Assembly: GCA_030390025.1 (NCBI GenBank)
Contig: CM059431.1
Coordinates: forward strand, 102,798,001-102,862,000
Length of the DNA stretch: 64,000 bases
DNA from: Squalus acanthias
Taxonomy: Eukaryota
Direction of reading: 5' to 3'
Shown here: one piece after another, positions 13,843 to 25,689 of the stretch
Numbering within the stretch: the first letter of the stretch is position 1
Layout of the letters: the number at the start of each line of letters is the position of its first letter
The notes under the pieces: model-generated
What the model saw: only the letters and a program-made list of their open reading frames with translations
What the model was told of the DNA's origin: nothing
The model's database searches: none
Translations under genes and position numbers: made by a program

Positions 13843-13970
13843 GCCGGGAAATTCCTCAGAGTTGCTCCCGCTCCACCTCTATTATTGCGCTGGAGGTGCG
13901 GTGGAAACCCCGATTATACGGGTAAAAGAGGCTAAGTAATGCCGACAGTAGCTCTGAGGAATTTCCCGGC
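13843..13970. mobile_element. 128-bp MITE-like element
   Basis: Perfect 19-bp inverted repeat GCCGGGAAATTCCTCAGAG / CTCTGAGGAATTTCCCGGC. Confidence 0.6.
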
Positions 13971-14859
13971 TAATTTATCCAAAGCATCAGTACAAATATA
14001 GCATATTGAGCGCTGCCATTAACCCCCCCACCCCCCCCCCCACCTTCAAAAAATGATGTTAGTCCAACCTTGGTGTACAAAGTAATCAGATTTTTCTAGC
14101 ATGACAAATATATAAAGTAGCACAATTTGCAATTTTTGCCACTAGGTATTGCCAGCAAACTTTATTTTGCTACATTACAATTCATAAAGCTTCATTATGA
14201 CCTCAGTCGTTGAGTATATTCAAGACAGAGATCGATAGATTTTTGGATATTAAGGGCATCAAGTGACATGGGGACAGTGCGCGAAGGTGGAGTTGAGGTA
14301 GAAAAGGCGGAGTAGGCTCGAAGGGCCGTATGGCTTACTCCTGGTCCTATTTCTTATGTTCTTATGATCTCTGGTGCTGGTAAAACAGTACTGAGCACTT
14401 TTCAACTTCCAACTGCATTTGGTGATTGTTTATTACGGGGCTGCCTATCAAAAACCACGTGCAATCGTTTGCTAAGAATGTATTGAATGCTATTGTTAGA
14501 GATGCTGAATGTGGGAGTACCTTCACCACATGGACTGCAGCGGTTCAAGAAGGCGGCTCACCACCACCTTCGCAAGGGCAAGTAGGGATGGGCAATAAAT
14601 GCTGGCCTTGCCAACGATGCCCACATCCCATAAACGAATAAAAAAAAATACATTACATCTCTTTTCCTGCACCTCTAAAAATTTGTTATTATCTTCCTTG
14701 TTTGAAAGATTTTAAAGATTTTTTTTGCGTCGTACTTGAAGTTGCTAGTTTACCTGAAAATCAGCAGTACTGTTCAGCATACATTGTCTGATGTTTATTA
14801 GCTTCTTACAGAGAGAGGTCAGTGGAGCTGAATACTGTGTAGCAGACTAGCCGAAGAAC

Positions 14860-15110
14860 TGAACAGGGTTGTTTTGGACCGGCTAAAGTTTAGTTGGCGG
14901 AAGCTGTGAACCCTGTACGGATTGGATGTTGGACAGGTGATTAGACAACACAGCAACAGTTGTGTTGAGGGGATAAGGCTGGGTGTCATCAGCTTATATA
15001 AACACAATCTAACCCAATGTTTGTGGATAATGTCACTGGAGAGATAGCATGTGGATGAGGAAAAGAAGGCGGCCAAGAATGGAACCATGGGATATACCAG
15101 AGGTGACCAT
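14860..15110 (-). mobile_element. Old L2-like RT fragment
   Basis: Degenerate GVPQGSILGPLLF-like region on the minus strand. Confidence 0.5.
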
Positions 15111-16404
15111 TTCAGATTAACACCTTCCACTTCCACCTTTTTGTTTATTCCATTTTCCAGTGATCTCCCAACCTCCTTTACATCTCTGTGTTTCTGCATT
15201 CTTAATTTCTCCAAGATCCCTTTCCAACTATGTCCGTTGATTACCCACCTCCTGTTTCTGAGATTCTCTTGCGTTCTGTACATCTCCAATAGGGCCTGCC
15301 CTTTCTTTGTCTGAAACCAATCTTCTGTCTTCCCCGAGTCTCTGAGATGCTTTTTCATTCTCCAACCAGGGGGTGTTTCTGAGCTCCCCTTCTGCCATCC
15401 TCCATGTCTCTGAAATCCAATATCCCTAATCCTTCCCATCCCAGAGATCCTTCTCTGCCCCTTCTGTGGCTGAGATTCTCTTGCCCTCTCTCTCTCTCCC
15501 AGAAAGCTCCCCATTTTTGCTCTCTCCCACTTTTTTGAGATCTAAATTCTAAGCTTTCAAGTTTGTACACACTGGTTTTGGAAGGAAATTATCTAAAAAT
15601 TAATATGAATTTATTTTACCCACTGCAAATGTGTTATAGTAAAAAGTCTAAGCAATTTTATTTAATCAGTTATAAATATGATTATTAAAGCAAACTGAAA
15701 TGATTGATGTGAAAACTGCTTCTGAATTACATTAACTATTCCTGTTGCTTTCGTTTGGCATAATGTAAACGAGCGGCAGAGGGTTTCGCTGCTCAATAAA
15801 GCTAGAGATGTTTCGGCACGAAAGCAGCGTAAATCATTTACACACGAGTTTCCTCGCTTAAAAAGGGGCACTACGCCGTAGTTACACCGAAAAATGATAA
15901 GGAAATTTCCGAGTCTTGAACAAGAGAGCTCTGCATTGCTCGCCTAGGCTGGGCAGTTCCTGTTCCAGCCAGACAGGAACTAAGCAATGTAAACAGGGTT
16001 CTGCTTGGCTGGAACCCAGACTGCAGTGCAAAAATCCAATCTTACAATCCATTATGTCAGGCTATGATATACAATATGTACTACTAACCAAAGGATAATG
16101 GAGCTGATGAATATGACTTAATGACTATGAATAGGTGAGAAAAGGAGGACGGGAACGTAACCAATAGCAAAGTAATGGCTTGTTTTCTACAGTGTGTTCC
16201 TGAAGCAACAGACTGCAGTGTAAAATCACCTTGAAATTCTATCCTTCAAAGCTACAAGCCAACATTTTCTGACCAGTGTCTGGCAGCAATCACCCATAGC
16301 CATCACGTTATATTCATCAGCTCAATTCTTCTTTGGTCTATATCACAGCCTCCCATAATAGATTGTCAGATTGGAATGCATTCATTGAATTCTCTTGAAA
16401 AGAG

Positions 16405-19400
16405 AACATAAGAACATAAGAAATAGGAGCAGGAGTAGGCCAATCGGCCCCTCGAGCCTGCTCCGCCATTCAATAAGATCATGGCTGATCTGATCCTAAC
16501 CGCCAATCTACTATCTATCACAGAACCATCTCCTGCATCTAACAGAATTGCACACACGAAATAGGAGCAGAATCAGGCTACACAGTCCCTGGGCCCGCTC
16601 CACTACCCACAGGGCCATGACCGATCCGAACCTAGACTCATGTCCAAATTCCTGCCCGCTCCCCGTAACCCTTAATGCCCTTTACTTCTAGGAAACTGTC
16701 TATTTCTGTTTTAAATTTAATTAATGTTGTAGCTTCTACAGCTTTTTGTGGCAGCATATTCCATGGACCTACCACCCTCTGAGTGAAGTAGTTCCTCCTC
16801 ATCTCAGTTTTGAAAGAGCAGCCCCTTATTCTAAGACTATGTCCCCTAGTTCTCGTCTCACCCGTCATCGGGAACATCCTCCCCGCATCCACCCGATCCA
16901 ACCCCTTCACAATCTTATATGTTTCAATAAGATCGCCTCTCATTCTTCTGAACTCCAATGAGTAGAGTCCCAATCTACCCAACCTCTCCTCATATGACCA
17001 CCCCCTCATCCCCGGGATTAACCGAGTGAACCTTTTTTGCACTGCCTCGAGAGCAAGGATGTCTTTCCTTAAGTAAGGACACCAAAACTGTATGCAGTAT
17101 TCCAGGTGCGGTCTCACCAATACCTTGTACAACTGAAGCAATACCTCCCTATTTTTATATTCTATCCCCCTAGCAATGAAAGCCAACATTCCATTTGCCT
17201 TCTTAATCACTTGCTGCACCTGCATACTAACCTTTTGAGTTTCGTGCACCAGGACCCCCAGATCCCTTTGCACTTCAGTACTCTCCAGTTTCTTGCCATT
17301 AAGATAATAAATTGCTCTAGGATTTTTCCTGCCAAAGTGCATCACCTCACACTTTCCAGTGTTGTATTCCATCTGCCAAATCTCTGCCCACTTACTTAGC
17401 CTGTCTATGTCCCCTTGCAGGTTTTTTATGTCCTCCTCATTCACTACTTTCCCTCCCATCTTTGTATCATCTGCAAATTTTGATATGTTACACTTGGTCC
17501 CTTCCTCCAAATCGTTAATATAGATTGTGAAGAGTTGGGGACCCAGCACTGACCCCTGTGGAACACCACTAGTTACTGATTGCCAGTCTGAGAATGAACC
17601 ATTTATCCCAACTCTTTGCTTTCTGTTAGATAGCCAATCCTCTATCCATGCCAGAATATTACCCCCAATCCCGTGATTTTTTACCTTAAGCAATAATCTT
17701 TTGTGTGGCACCTTGTCAAATGCCTTTTGGAAGTCTAAATACACTACGTCCACTGGTTCCCCTTTATCCACTCTATATGTTACTTCCTCAAAGAACTCCA
17801 GCAAATTTGTCAAACATGACTTCCCCTTCGTAAAACCATGCTGACTTTGTCCTATTAAATTATGATTATCCAAATGTCCTGTTACTGTTTCCTTAATAAT
17901 GGACTCCAAAATTTTACCTACCACAGATGTTAGGCTAACCGGTCTATAGTTACCAGCCTTCTGTCTACTGCCCTTTTTAAATAAGGGTGTTACATTAGCA
18001 GTTTTCCAGTCTGCCGGGACCTTAGCGGAATCCAGGGAGTTTTGAAAAATTATTACCAATGCATCTACAATCCCTACCGCCACTTCCTTCAAGACTCTAG
18101 GATGTAAGCCATCAGGTCCAGGTGATTTATCCGCCTTGAGTCCCATTATTTTACCGAGTACCACTTCCTTAGTGATTTTGATCGTGTTTAGCTCCTCTCC
18201 CCCTATAGCCCCCTGTTTGTCCAGTGTTGGGATATTCTTAGTGTCCTCTACTGTAAAGACTGATACAAAATATTCATTCAGTGTTTTTGCCATCTCCATA
18301 TTTCCCACCATTAATTTCCCGGTCTCATCCTCTAAGGGACCAACATTTACTTTAGCCACCCTTTTTCTTTTTATATAACTATAAAAACTCTTACTATCTG
18401 TTTTTATATTTTTTGCTAATTTACTTTCATAATCTATCTTCCCTTTCTTAATCAATCTTTTTGTTATTTTTTGCTGCCTTTTAAAGTTTTCCCAATCCTC
18501 TGTCCTCCCACTAGATTTCGCTACCTTATATGCCCTTGTTTTTAGTCGAATACTATCCTTAATTTCTTTACTTAGCCACGGATGACTGTCCTTTCTTTTA
18601 CACCCTTTTCTTTTCAGTGGAATATATTTTTTTTGGAAGTTGTAAAATAACTCCTTGAATGTACACCACTGATCATGTGTCGTCTTACCCTTTAATCTAT
18701 TTTCCCAATCCACTCTACTCAATTCCGCTCGCATACCTTCATAGTCTCCTTTATTCAAGCTTAGCACGCTTGTTTGAGATCCAACCTTCTCACCCTCTAA
18801 TTGAATATGGAATTCAACCATGTTATGGTCACTCATTCCAAGGGGATCCTTTACTAGGACATTTTTAATTAATCCTGTCTCGTTACACAGGACCAGATCT
18901 AAGGTTGCTTGCCCCCTGGTCGGTTCAGTTACATACTGCTCAAGAAACCCATCCCTAATACACTCAATGAACTCATCCTCAAGGCAGCCCTGCCCCATTT
19001 GATTTGTCCAATTAATATGATAGTTAAAATCCCCCATAATTATAGATGTTCCCTTATTACATGCCTCAACTATTTCCTGATTGATACTCCGTCCAATAGA
19101 GTTGCAACTGTTCGGAGGCCTATAGACTACGCCCACTAATGTTTTTTTCCCCTTATTATTCCTTATCTCCACCCAAACTGTTTCATTATCATGATTTTTT
19201 GACCCAATATCATTACTCTGTATTACAGTGATTCCTTCCTTTATTAACATAGCCACCCCACCTCCCCTTCCTTCCTGCCTGTCCTTCCTGATCGTTAAAT
19301 AACCTGGTATGTTTAATTCCCAGGCATTGTCACCCTGCAGCCATGTTTCTGTAATGGCCACAATATCATAACCATATGTAATTATTTGTGCCATTAACTC

Positions 19401-19498
19401 ATCTATTTTGTTACGAATGCTACGTGCATTCAGATAGAGAACTTTCAAATATGCTTTGTGGCACTTAGTTCCTGCTTTTTCACTTTTTACCAGTTTAC
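16405..19498 (-). mobile_element. Young CR1 LINE, truncated just upstream of ORF2 and inserted into an older + strand CR1
   Basis: (CTTATGTT)n tail at 16405; the host CR1 sequence TCTCTTGAAAAGAGAA|GGCTGAGG is split, with AGAA on both sides. Confidence 0.9.
16638..19448 (-). CDS. CR1 ORF2: APE endonuclease plus reverse transcriptase, uninterrupted 936 codons
   Basis: YLNARS, ITETW, VYRPP, MGDFN, SDH (endonuclease); YRPVSL, DFQKAFDKV, GVPQGSVLGP, FADD (RT); non-ATG first codon. Confidence 0.95.
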   Translation of the reverse strand: MKVLYLNARSIRNKIDELMAQIITYGYDIVAITETWLQGDNAWELNIPGYLTIRKDRQEGRGGGVAMLIKEGITVIQSNDIGSKNHDNETVWVEIRNNKGKKTLVGVVYRPPNSCNSIGRSINQEIVEACNKGTSIIMGDFNYHINWTNQMGQGCLEDEFIECIRDGFLEQYVTEPTRGQATLDLVLCNETGLIKNVLVKDPLGMSDHNMVEFHIQLEGEKVGSQTSVLSLNKGDYEGMRAELSRVDWENRLKGKTTHDQWCTFKELFYNFQKKYIPLKRKGCKRKDSHPWLSKEIKDSIRLKTRAYKVAKSSGRTEDWENFKRQQKITKRLIKKGKIDYESKLAKNIKTDSKSFYSYIKRKRVAKVNVGPLEDETGKLMVGNMEMAKTLNEYFVSVFTVEDTKNIPTLDKQGAIGGEELNTIKITKEVVLGKIMGLKADKSPGPDGLHPRVLKEVAVGIVDALVIIFQNSLDSAKVPADWKTANVTPLFKKGSRQKAGNYRPVSLTSVVGKILESIIKETVTGHLDNHNLIGQSQHGFTKGKSCLTNLLEFFEEVTYRVDKGEPVDVVYLDFQKAFDKVPHKRLLLKVKNHGIGGNILAWIEDWLSNRKQRVGINGSFSDWQSVTSGVPQGSVLGPQLFTIYINDLEEGTKCNISKFADDTKMGGKVVNEEDIKNLQGDIDRLSKWAEIWQMEYNTGKCEVMHFGRKNPRAIYYLNGKKLESTEVQRDLGVLVHETQKVSMQVQQVIKKANGMLAFIARGIEYKNREVLLQLYKVLVRPHLEYCIQFWCPYLRKDILALEAVQKRFTRLIPGMRGWSYEERLGRLGLYSLEFRRMRGDLIETYKIVKGLDRVDAGRMFPMTGETRTRGHSLRIRGCSFKTEMRRNYFTQRVVGPWNMLPQKAVEATTLIKFKTEIDSFLEVKGIKGYGERAGIWT

Positions 19499-19822
19499 CA
19501 GAAGGCTGAGGGGTGACCTAATAGAGGTCTTTAAAATTATGAAAGGCTTTGATAGAGTAGACACAAGAGTGTTTCCACTTGTGGGGAAGAGTAAAACTAG
19601 AGGCCATCAATATAAGATAGTCACCAAGAAATCAAATAGGGAATTCAGAAGAAACTTCTTTACCCAGAGAGTGGTGAGAATGTGGAACTCGCTACCACAG
19701 GGAGTGGTTGAAGCGAATAGTATCGATGCATTTAAGGGGAAGCTGGACAAGCGTTTGAGGGAGAAGGGAATAGAGGGTTATGATAGGGTTAGATGGGGAA
19801 AGATGGGAGGAGGCTCGAGTGG
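19499..19822 (+). mobile_element. Host CR1 3' fragment (its tail resumes at about 20481-20545)
   Basis: RLRGDLIEVFKIMKG...FFTQRVVRMWNSLP. Confidence 0.85.
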
Positions 19823-20480
19823 AGCCTCTGACCTGCTCTTGTTGCCACATAAATACTGTGGCAACAAGAGCAGGTCAGAGGCTGGGTATTCTGCGGCGAG
19901 CGTCTCACCTCCTGACTCCCCAAAGCCTTTCCACCATCTACAAGGCACAAGTAAGGAGTGTGAGGGAATACTCTCCACTTGCCTGGATGAGTGCAGCTCC
20001 AACAACACTCAAGAAGCTCGACACCATCCAGGACAAAGCAGCCCGCTTGATTGGCACCCCATCCACCACCTTAAACATTCACTCCCTCCACCACCGGCGC
20101 ACTGTGGCTGCAGTGTGTACCATCTACAAGATGCACTGCAGCAACTCGCCAAGGCTTCTTCGGCAGCACCTCCCAAACCCATGACCTCTTCCACCTAGAA
20201 GGACAAGGGCAGCAGATGCATGGGAACACCACCACCTCCAAGTTCCCCTCCAAGTAACACACACCATCCTGACTTAGAAGTATATCGCCGATCCTTCATC
20301 GTCGCTGGGTCAAAATCCTGGAACTCCCTCCCTAACAGCACTGTGGGAGTACCTTCACCACACGGACTGCAGCGGTTCAAAAAGGCGGCTCACCACCACC
20401 TTCTCAAGGGCAATTAGGGATGGGCAATAAATGATAGCCTTGCCAACGACGCCCACATCCCATAAACGAATAAAAAAAAA
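19823..20480 (+). mobile_element. Divergent CR1-superfamily LINE (Crack/Daphne-like; clade uncertain), 3' fragment with a 5' foldback
   Basis: YKAQVRSVREYSPLAWMSAAPTTLKKLDTIQ; tail GGGATGGGCAATAAATG...poly(A). Confidence 0.8.
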
Positions 20481-21684
20481 TAAACACCAGCATGGACTGG
20501 TTGGGCCGGGTGGCTTGTTTCTGTGCTATATAATCTATGTAATCAGGTAGATGTATGTGACATCTTGCTAAACAATTTAGCTACCTTAAATTGTCTAGTT
20601 AACCCTCTCTTTACATGTTCCTGAATTATGAAATCTCTTATTTTAATCTGAGCAAAACATTACCAAATGTTAAAGTGAAAACCCATCCAAAGACTGTACC
20701 TCTAAATATATAGTTGAACTTCCCACTATTTCACTACCCAACAATGCTAAAACGTGCAGGTACAAAATACAAATCTCACTCCTACTCCTGACATCCTCTA
20801 CCTTGATGAGCAGAAAATAATTTACACCCCCTACCCACACCGAGCATACAAGCACGAATCATACAATTCCAATGTCCAGCACATCTTACTGAGCAGAAAT
20901 ATCTATGCATCACAAGATACTTATGGAACATTCAGCCCATCTTAATTCTTCTACCCAGATAGAAACTGAGTTTTCCTCCATTGCAGCATCCAATTGTTCC
21001 TTAAATGATTGCAGGATTTTTGCCTGCACTACTCTATCTGGAAGCCTAGGCCGTGTATTGATCACTCTTTGAGTGAAGAATAATTTCCTGGTATCAGTTC
21101 TAAATATATCTTTTACCAGTGTGAACCAGTGACCCTTGTCCTATTCTCACAATTTAAATGCAAGTAATATTCTGGATTTACTTCTTTAATTTCTGTAACT
21201 GTCTTGTGCACCTCGAAAAGACGACCTCTCGGACCTTTTCCAGGCTGAAATAGGTTTTCGTTACTCTAAAATATAATTGTGATAAGCTTCGACTGATAAA
21301 TAATAGCATCGGTAAAAGCATGTCTGAAAGCACTAGCAACCATTACAAGGGAAAGGAGAAATATTTGTCTGCAATTATATCATGCCGTACATATGTATTG
21401 ATACAAGAAGGAAAGGGCGCAAAGGAATGTGTTGTAAATGACATAGCATTGGATATCGCAGTAACCTTGAACTTCAAACACATCAAAGCGAATACAAAAG
21501 CAGTCGGCACAGAAAAGACCTGTACATGTGAATGTAGATAAAAGCAAAAAGCTTTGCACATGAAAATGATGAACCGCCAGGAGGATTTACAATGCCAGCT
21601 ATCTGAGGGGATTAATTTATAACCATTCACGCAACTTTAAAAAAAAATTCAATAATTACCAAGGTGATGCAGAGAGACACTTAC

Positions 21685-21800
21685 CCTCTTCCTTGTAATG
21701 GAAGTCACAGAGCTTGCAATGCAGCTGAACCACTGCATAGAAGTAGCTTGGCACCGGACCAAATGTGAAATCCCCAGTGATATTTGCTACGCTCGCCAGT
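21685..21800 (-). CDS. Candidate internal exon of an unidentified gene (LASVANITGDFTFGPVPSYFYAVVQLHCKLCDFHYKEE)
   Basis: Acceptor ttatatgttgttttacacAG; consensus donor G|GTAAGT; only one open frame; non-repetitive context; product not recognised. Confidence 0.35.
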
Positions 21801-22479
21801 CTGTGTAAAACAACATATAACTTATTCAGGTCACAGATTCAGATTCATTCCCCATTCCTGCTCTTCGGGAAAAAAATTACGCAACCTCCATCGTCCTTGG
21901 ATGGCTTTCTGAAAAGACAGAGAAGTAAGGTTGCATGCGTGCACGACCTGAAAATACAAGATGCAGGAACTGATGGGGAAGCAGGCTGCTGCCTGGAGAA
22001 AGTTGCTGCAGACTTATACTAAGATCCACAGCTTGAAAAACTGAAACCTCACCCAGATAGAATGTGGACTGATCTTACTCATTTGCTCCAGTTCCGGAAC
22101 ATATCTGTGAACATTTCTCAGCGTTTGGCAGATGAAATGTGGTATTTGAGTTAACAAATATATAATGCTATTTAATGGTGTGAGGCCTTCATACTGTGTT
22201 GCTCATCACTGTTGTATTCACCTTTTGCAGAAAGATGCAGATTTTTCTTTAATTATAAGGAAAACACATGATCCTTCCAACCCACCCACCCCCAACCTGC
22301 CATCCTATTTTTCCCCACTGAGAGGGCAATTTCATTAATTCAAGTGTAAATTAATGGGGGCCAAAGTTCCTCTGGTGGCAATCCTGCTGGTCCCGTGGGG
22401 ATTGCATGCATTGGTGTCCTCCAGTGCTGATTCTGCCGGAGCTTGTAGGGCTAGTGGGACGGCACGTTCTTTTATTAAA

Positions 22480-22765
22480 AAAAAAATTATTTATTCATTC
22501 ACGGGATGGGAGCTTCGCTGGCAAGGCCGGCATTTGTTGCCCATCCCTAGTTGCCCTCGAGAAGGTGGTGGTGAGCCGCCTTCTTGAACCGCTGCAGTCC
22601 GTGTGGTGAAGGTACTCCCACGGTGCTGTTAGGGAGGGAGTTCCAGGATTTTGACCCGGCGACGATGAAGGAACGGCCGATATGTGTCCAAGTCAGGATG
22701 GCGTGTGTGACTTGGAGGTGGTGGTGTTCCCACGCACCTGCTGCCCTTGTCCTTCTAGGTGGTAG
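22480..22765 (-). mobile_element. 3' tail of the Crack/Daphne-like LINE
   Basis: KSWNSLPNSTVGVPSPHGLQRFKKAAHHHLL; similar tails at 14510-14648 and 32617-32755. Confidence 0.8.
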
Positions 22766-24745
22766 GTAGGTGGGCGCAGGCACCTCTGTGGGTTAATCTC
22801 CAGCCTCTGCCTGCCCCATAGAAAGTCTGGCCTTCATCTGCTACATTGTTTGCCCAGAATTCCAACAAAACCGGCAATCTCCGACCGTATAAGGAGGTAA
22901 AAAAAACAACACAATTTCTTTGGGGAGGTCCAGACCGATTCCTGAACTTGGACGCCATTGGTGGGGTCCATATTTGCCCATCTGGAAGCCAGTACTCCTG
23001 AACTCACTTGGAATACTGGCCTCTACAGATACACTAGATCCTGACTGAGCCAGGCTCTCAGGTACTCCTGGTGTAAGGAATCCCCGCTCAGGGTTGACCC
23101 TCTTCCCCCCCCCCCCCCCCCGATGATATTTGCCTTATGAGGGGTGGACTGAGGTGCCACTCCTTATAGATCAAATCGGAAGCTCCCAGAAATGGCAGAG
23201 ACCTGGAAGTTTGTAAGAACTCTGGGCTTGGAATCCTGACAAATATATATGTCAAAGAACCAAACTAATCCTTAACCTCCTTCATCTTCATTTTTCACTA
23301 AGTAACCATCTGGGGTTTACCACCCAGCTTGTGTCTAGGAGTAAATGATGTATGACAGTTTGGTGAGTCAAGTTAGACATCATCCAGTTCAGATTTAATT
23401 TGAGTGCCGATATCAATTCCAATTAGGATACTCACAAGCTACTGACTGAATGAATTAACCCTTTCTTGCCAAGTCATCCAAGAAGTCAAACAACAAGTTT
23501 TCTCCAACAACTATTTATCAAACTCAAAATTATGATTATCACCACCTATACTTAAACATTGACTATACAAATAATTAGTAGATATAAACAGTTGCAGATG
23601 GGGTCACCTAGTAATTTGAATAACAATTAATTAAAATATAGAATTATTTAACAAAAATAAGAGGTTATTAAGGAAGTGCAGTGCATCACTGTAATTTAGT
23701 ATTAGCTGCATTGCTGATTATTAAATTGTTGTTGAGATCCATGTATCAGATTGATATAAATAGATGAGATTAATTTAGGATTAAACTCCTTAAATAGTTG
23801 ATAAATTAGCAGCATTAGATAGCATGTCTATTGGATAGATTATAGTCCATATGCAGAGCTTATACGACCGTGTCCTTATGAGCTGCATAGTTGAGCTGAT
23901 TGTTCGTCTTTCTCTAGGACAATGGTGTTTGGATCTGGAATGTTGGGGTCATGAGCCTCTTTCTATAGAGGTGTCATCCATTCCTCCTGCCTGCACGATA
24001 TACACTGCAGATGAAAATCACCCCTTTTCTCCATGGTATGCTAGTTCAAGTTTCTGAAGTACGTTTTCAGCAAATTATTCACGGTCCTTTTTCTTCTGCG
24101 ATTTACTTGCTGAGCTGTAATATAATTAGACCCTAAGAAGAAAATGACAAGAAGCAGAAAACAGTGATAGGGAGAGACATAGGTGCAACCATAGACAAAA
24201 TGTTGATAAGGGTGACATGAATCTGTCATTCATGACTTATGAAATAATGCTGAGTGGCCTGCGGGTGGCGCTGTCCAGGGAGAGAATAAATACTTGGGCA
24301 CGGGCCCAGCTTGCGCAGGACATTCTTAACAGGAACTAGTGAAGGACACAACTAGATCTCCATGTTGTAAAACAGTTGATTAAAGCTTTGTTTAACGCTT
24401 AGACCAAGTGCCTAGTAGTTTTCTTACGTCAAAGGGTACTAGATGTTCTGCCACCTACACCTCTTTAACTTATCATTACCTCATTATTGCCAAGTAATTA
24501 TTACAATGGCTATGTGCAGGTTCTTTCAATAGGATTGTGTTTGTACATGAAGACCATTGCCAGCTCTGAAGGAAAAAATATTGGAAAGAACTGCATTGCC
24601 AAGCAACAGTATTTTGACTTCCTGTCCGAAGACTGCTGCATCCTCACTGAATCGGTGTCAGTAGCTATTCAGCAATCAGTGCAATTAATTATTTACTGCT
24701 TAACACATTCATTCTCAGCATGTGGGCATTGCTGGCAAGGGTGGC

Positions 24746-25237
24746 ATTTCAGTGGAGGCAGTTCAGAGAAGGTTCACGAGGTTGATTCCTGAGATGAAGG
24801 GGTCGACTTATGAAGAAAGGTTGAGCCTATACTCATTGGAGTTTAAGAAGAATGAGAGGTGATCTTATTGAAACATATAAGATTCTGAAGGTAGATGCAG
24901 AGAAGATGTTTCCCCTCATGGGGGATCTAGAACTAGGGGGCATAGTTTCAGAATAAGGAGTCGCCCATTTAAAACTGAGATGAGGAGGAATTTCTTCTCT
25001 CAGAGGGTTGTAAATCTGTGGAATTCTTTGCCCCAGAGAGCGGTGGAGGCTGGGTCATTGAATATATTTAAGGTGGAGATAGACAGATTTTTGAACAATA
25101 AGGGAATGATGGGTTATGGGGAGCGGGCAGGGAAATGGAGCTGAGCCCAAGATCAGATCGGCCACAATCTCATTAAATGGCGGAGCAGGCTCGAGGGGGC
25201 CAAATGGCCTACTCCTGCTCCTATTTCTTATGTTCTT
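24746..25237 (+). mobile_element. CR1 3' fragment inserted in a SINE tail
   Basis: CR1 RT C-terminus and (TTCTTATG) tail. Confidence 0.8.
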
Positions 25238-25535
25238 TTTATTGCCCATCCCTAGTTTCCCTTGATACGACTGAGTGGCTTGCTAGGCCTCTTCAGAGGG
25301 CAGTTCAGAGTCAACCATGTTAGTGTGGGACTGGAGTCACATACAAGTCGGACTGGGCAAGGACGGCAGGTTTCCTTCACTAAAGGACATGAGTGAACCA
25401 GCTGAGTTTTTATGACAATTCGACAGCTTCATGGTCACTTCTACAGATTTAAAAAAAATTCAAATTCTCAAACGAATTTGAAATCGCGTCCCCTGGGTCA
25501 CTAGTTCAGTAACATAACCACTACATTACCGTACC
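25238..25535 (-). mobile_element. tRNA-like SINE whose tail is shared with the Crack/Daphne-like LINE (tail continues at about 24710-24745)
   Basis: Head GTAATGTAGTGGTTATGTTACTG; tail CTAGGGATGGGCAATAAA; older copies at about 42590-42890 and 51150-51300. Confidence 0.55.
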
Positions 25536-25689
25536 CGTGTATCCGAAGCCAAAATGAATAAAGTGCAATATAATATGCTTAAATGTTTACTGTTTTAGGT
25601 GTAGAATTATAGTTCAGCATTCTATTTGCTTTGTTACTTGCTGTGCTGCGGTTGGATATGTTGGGCATTGAGTCTATTAGGACCCTTCG

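Noticed and set aside
14819..15514. 231-aa minus-strand ORF
   Set aside because: It partly overlaps a decayed L2 RT in another frame and has low-complexity, purine-rich composition.
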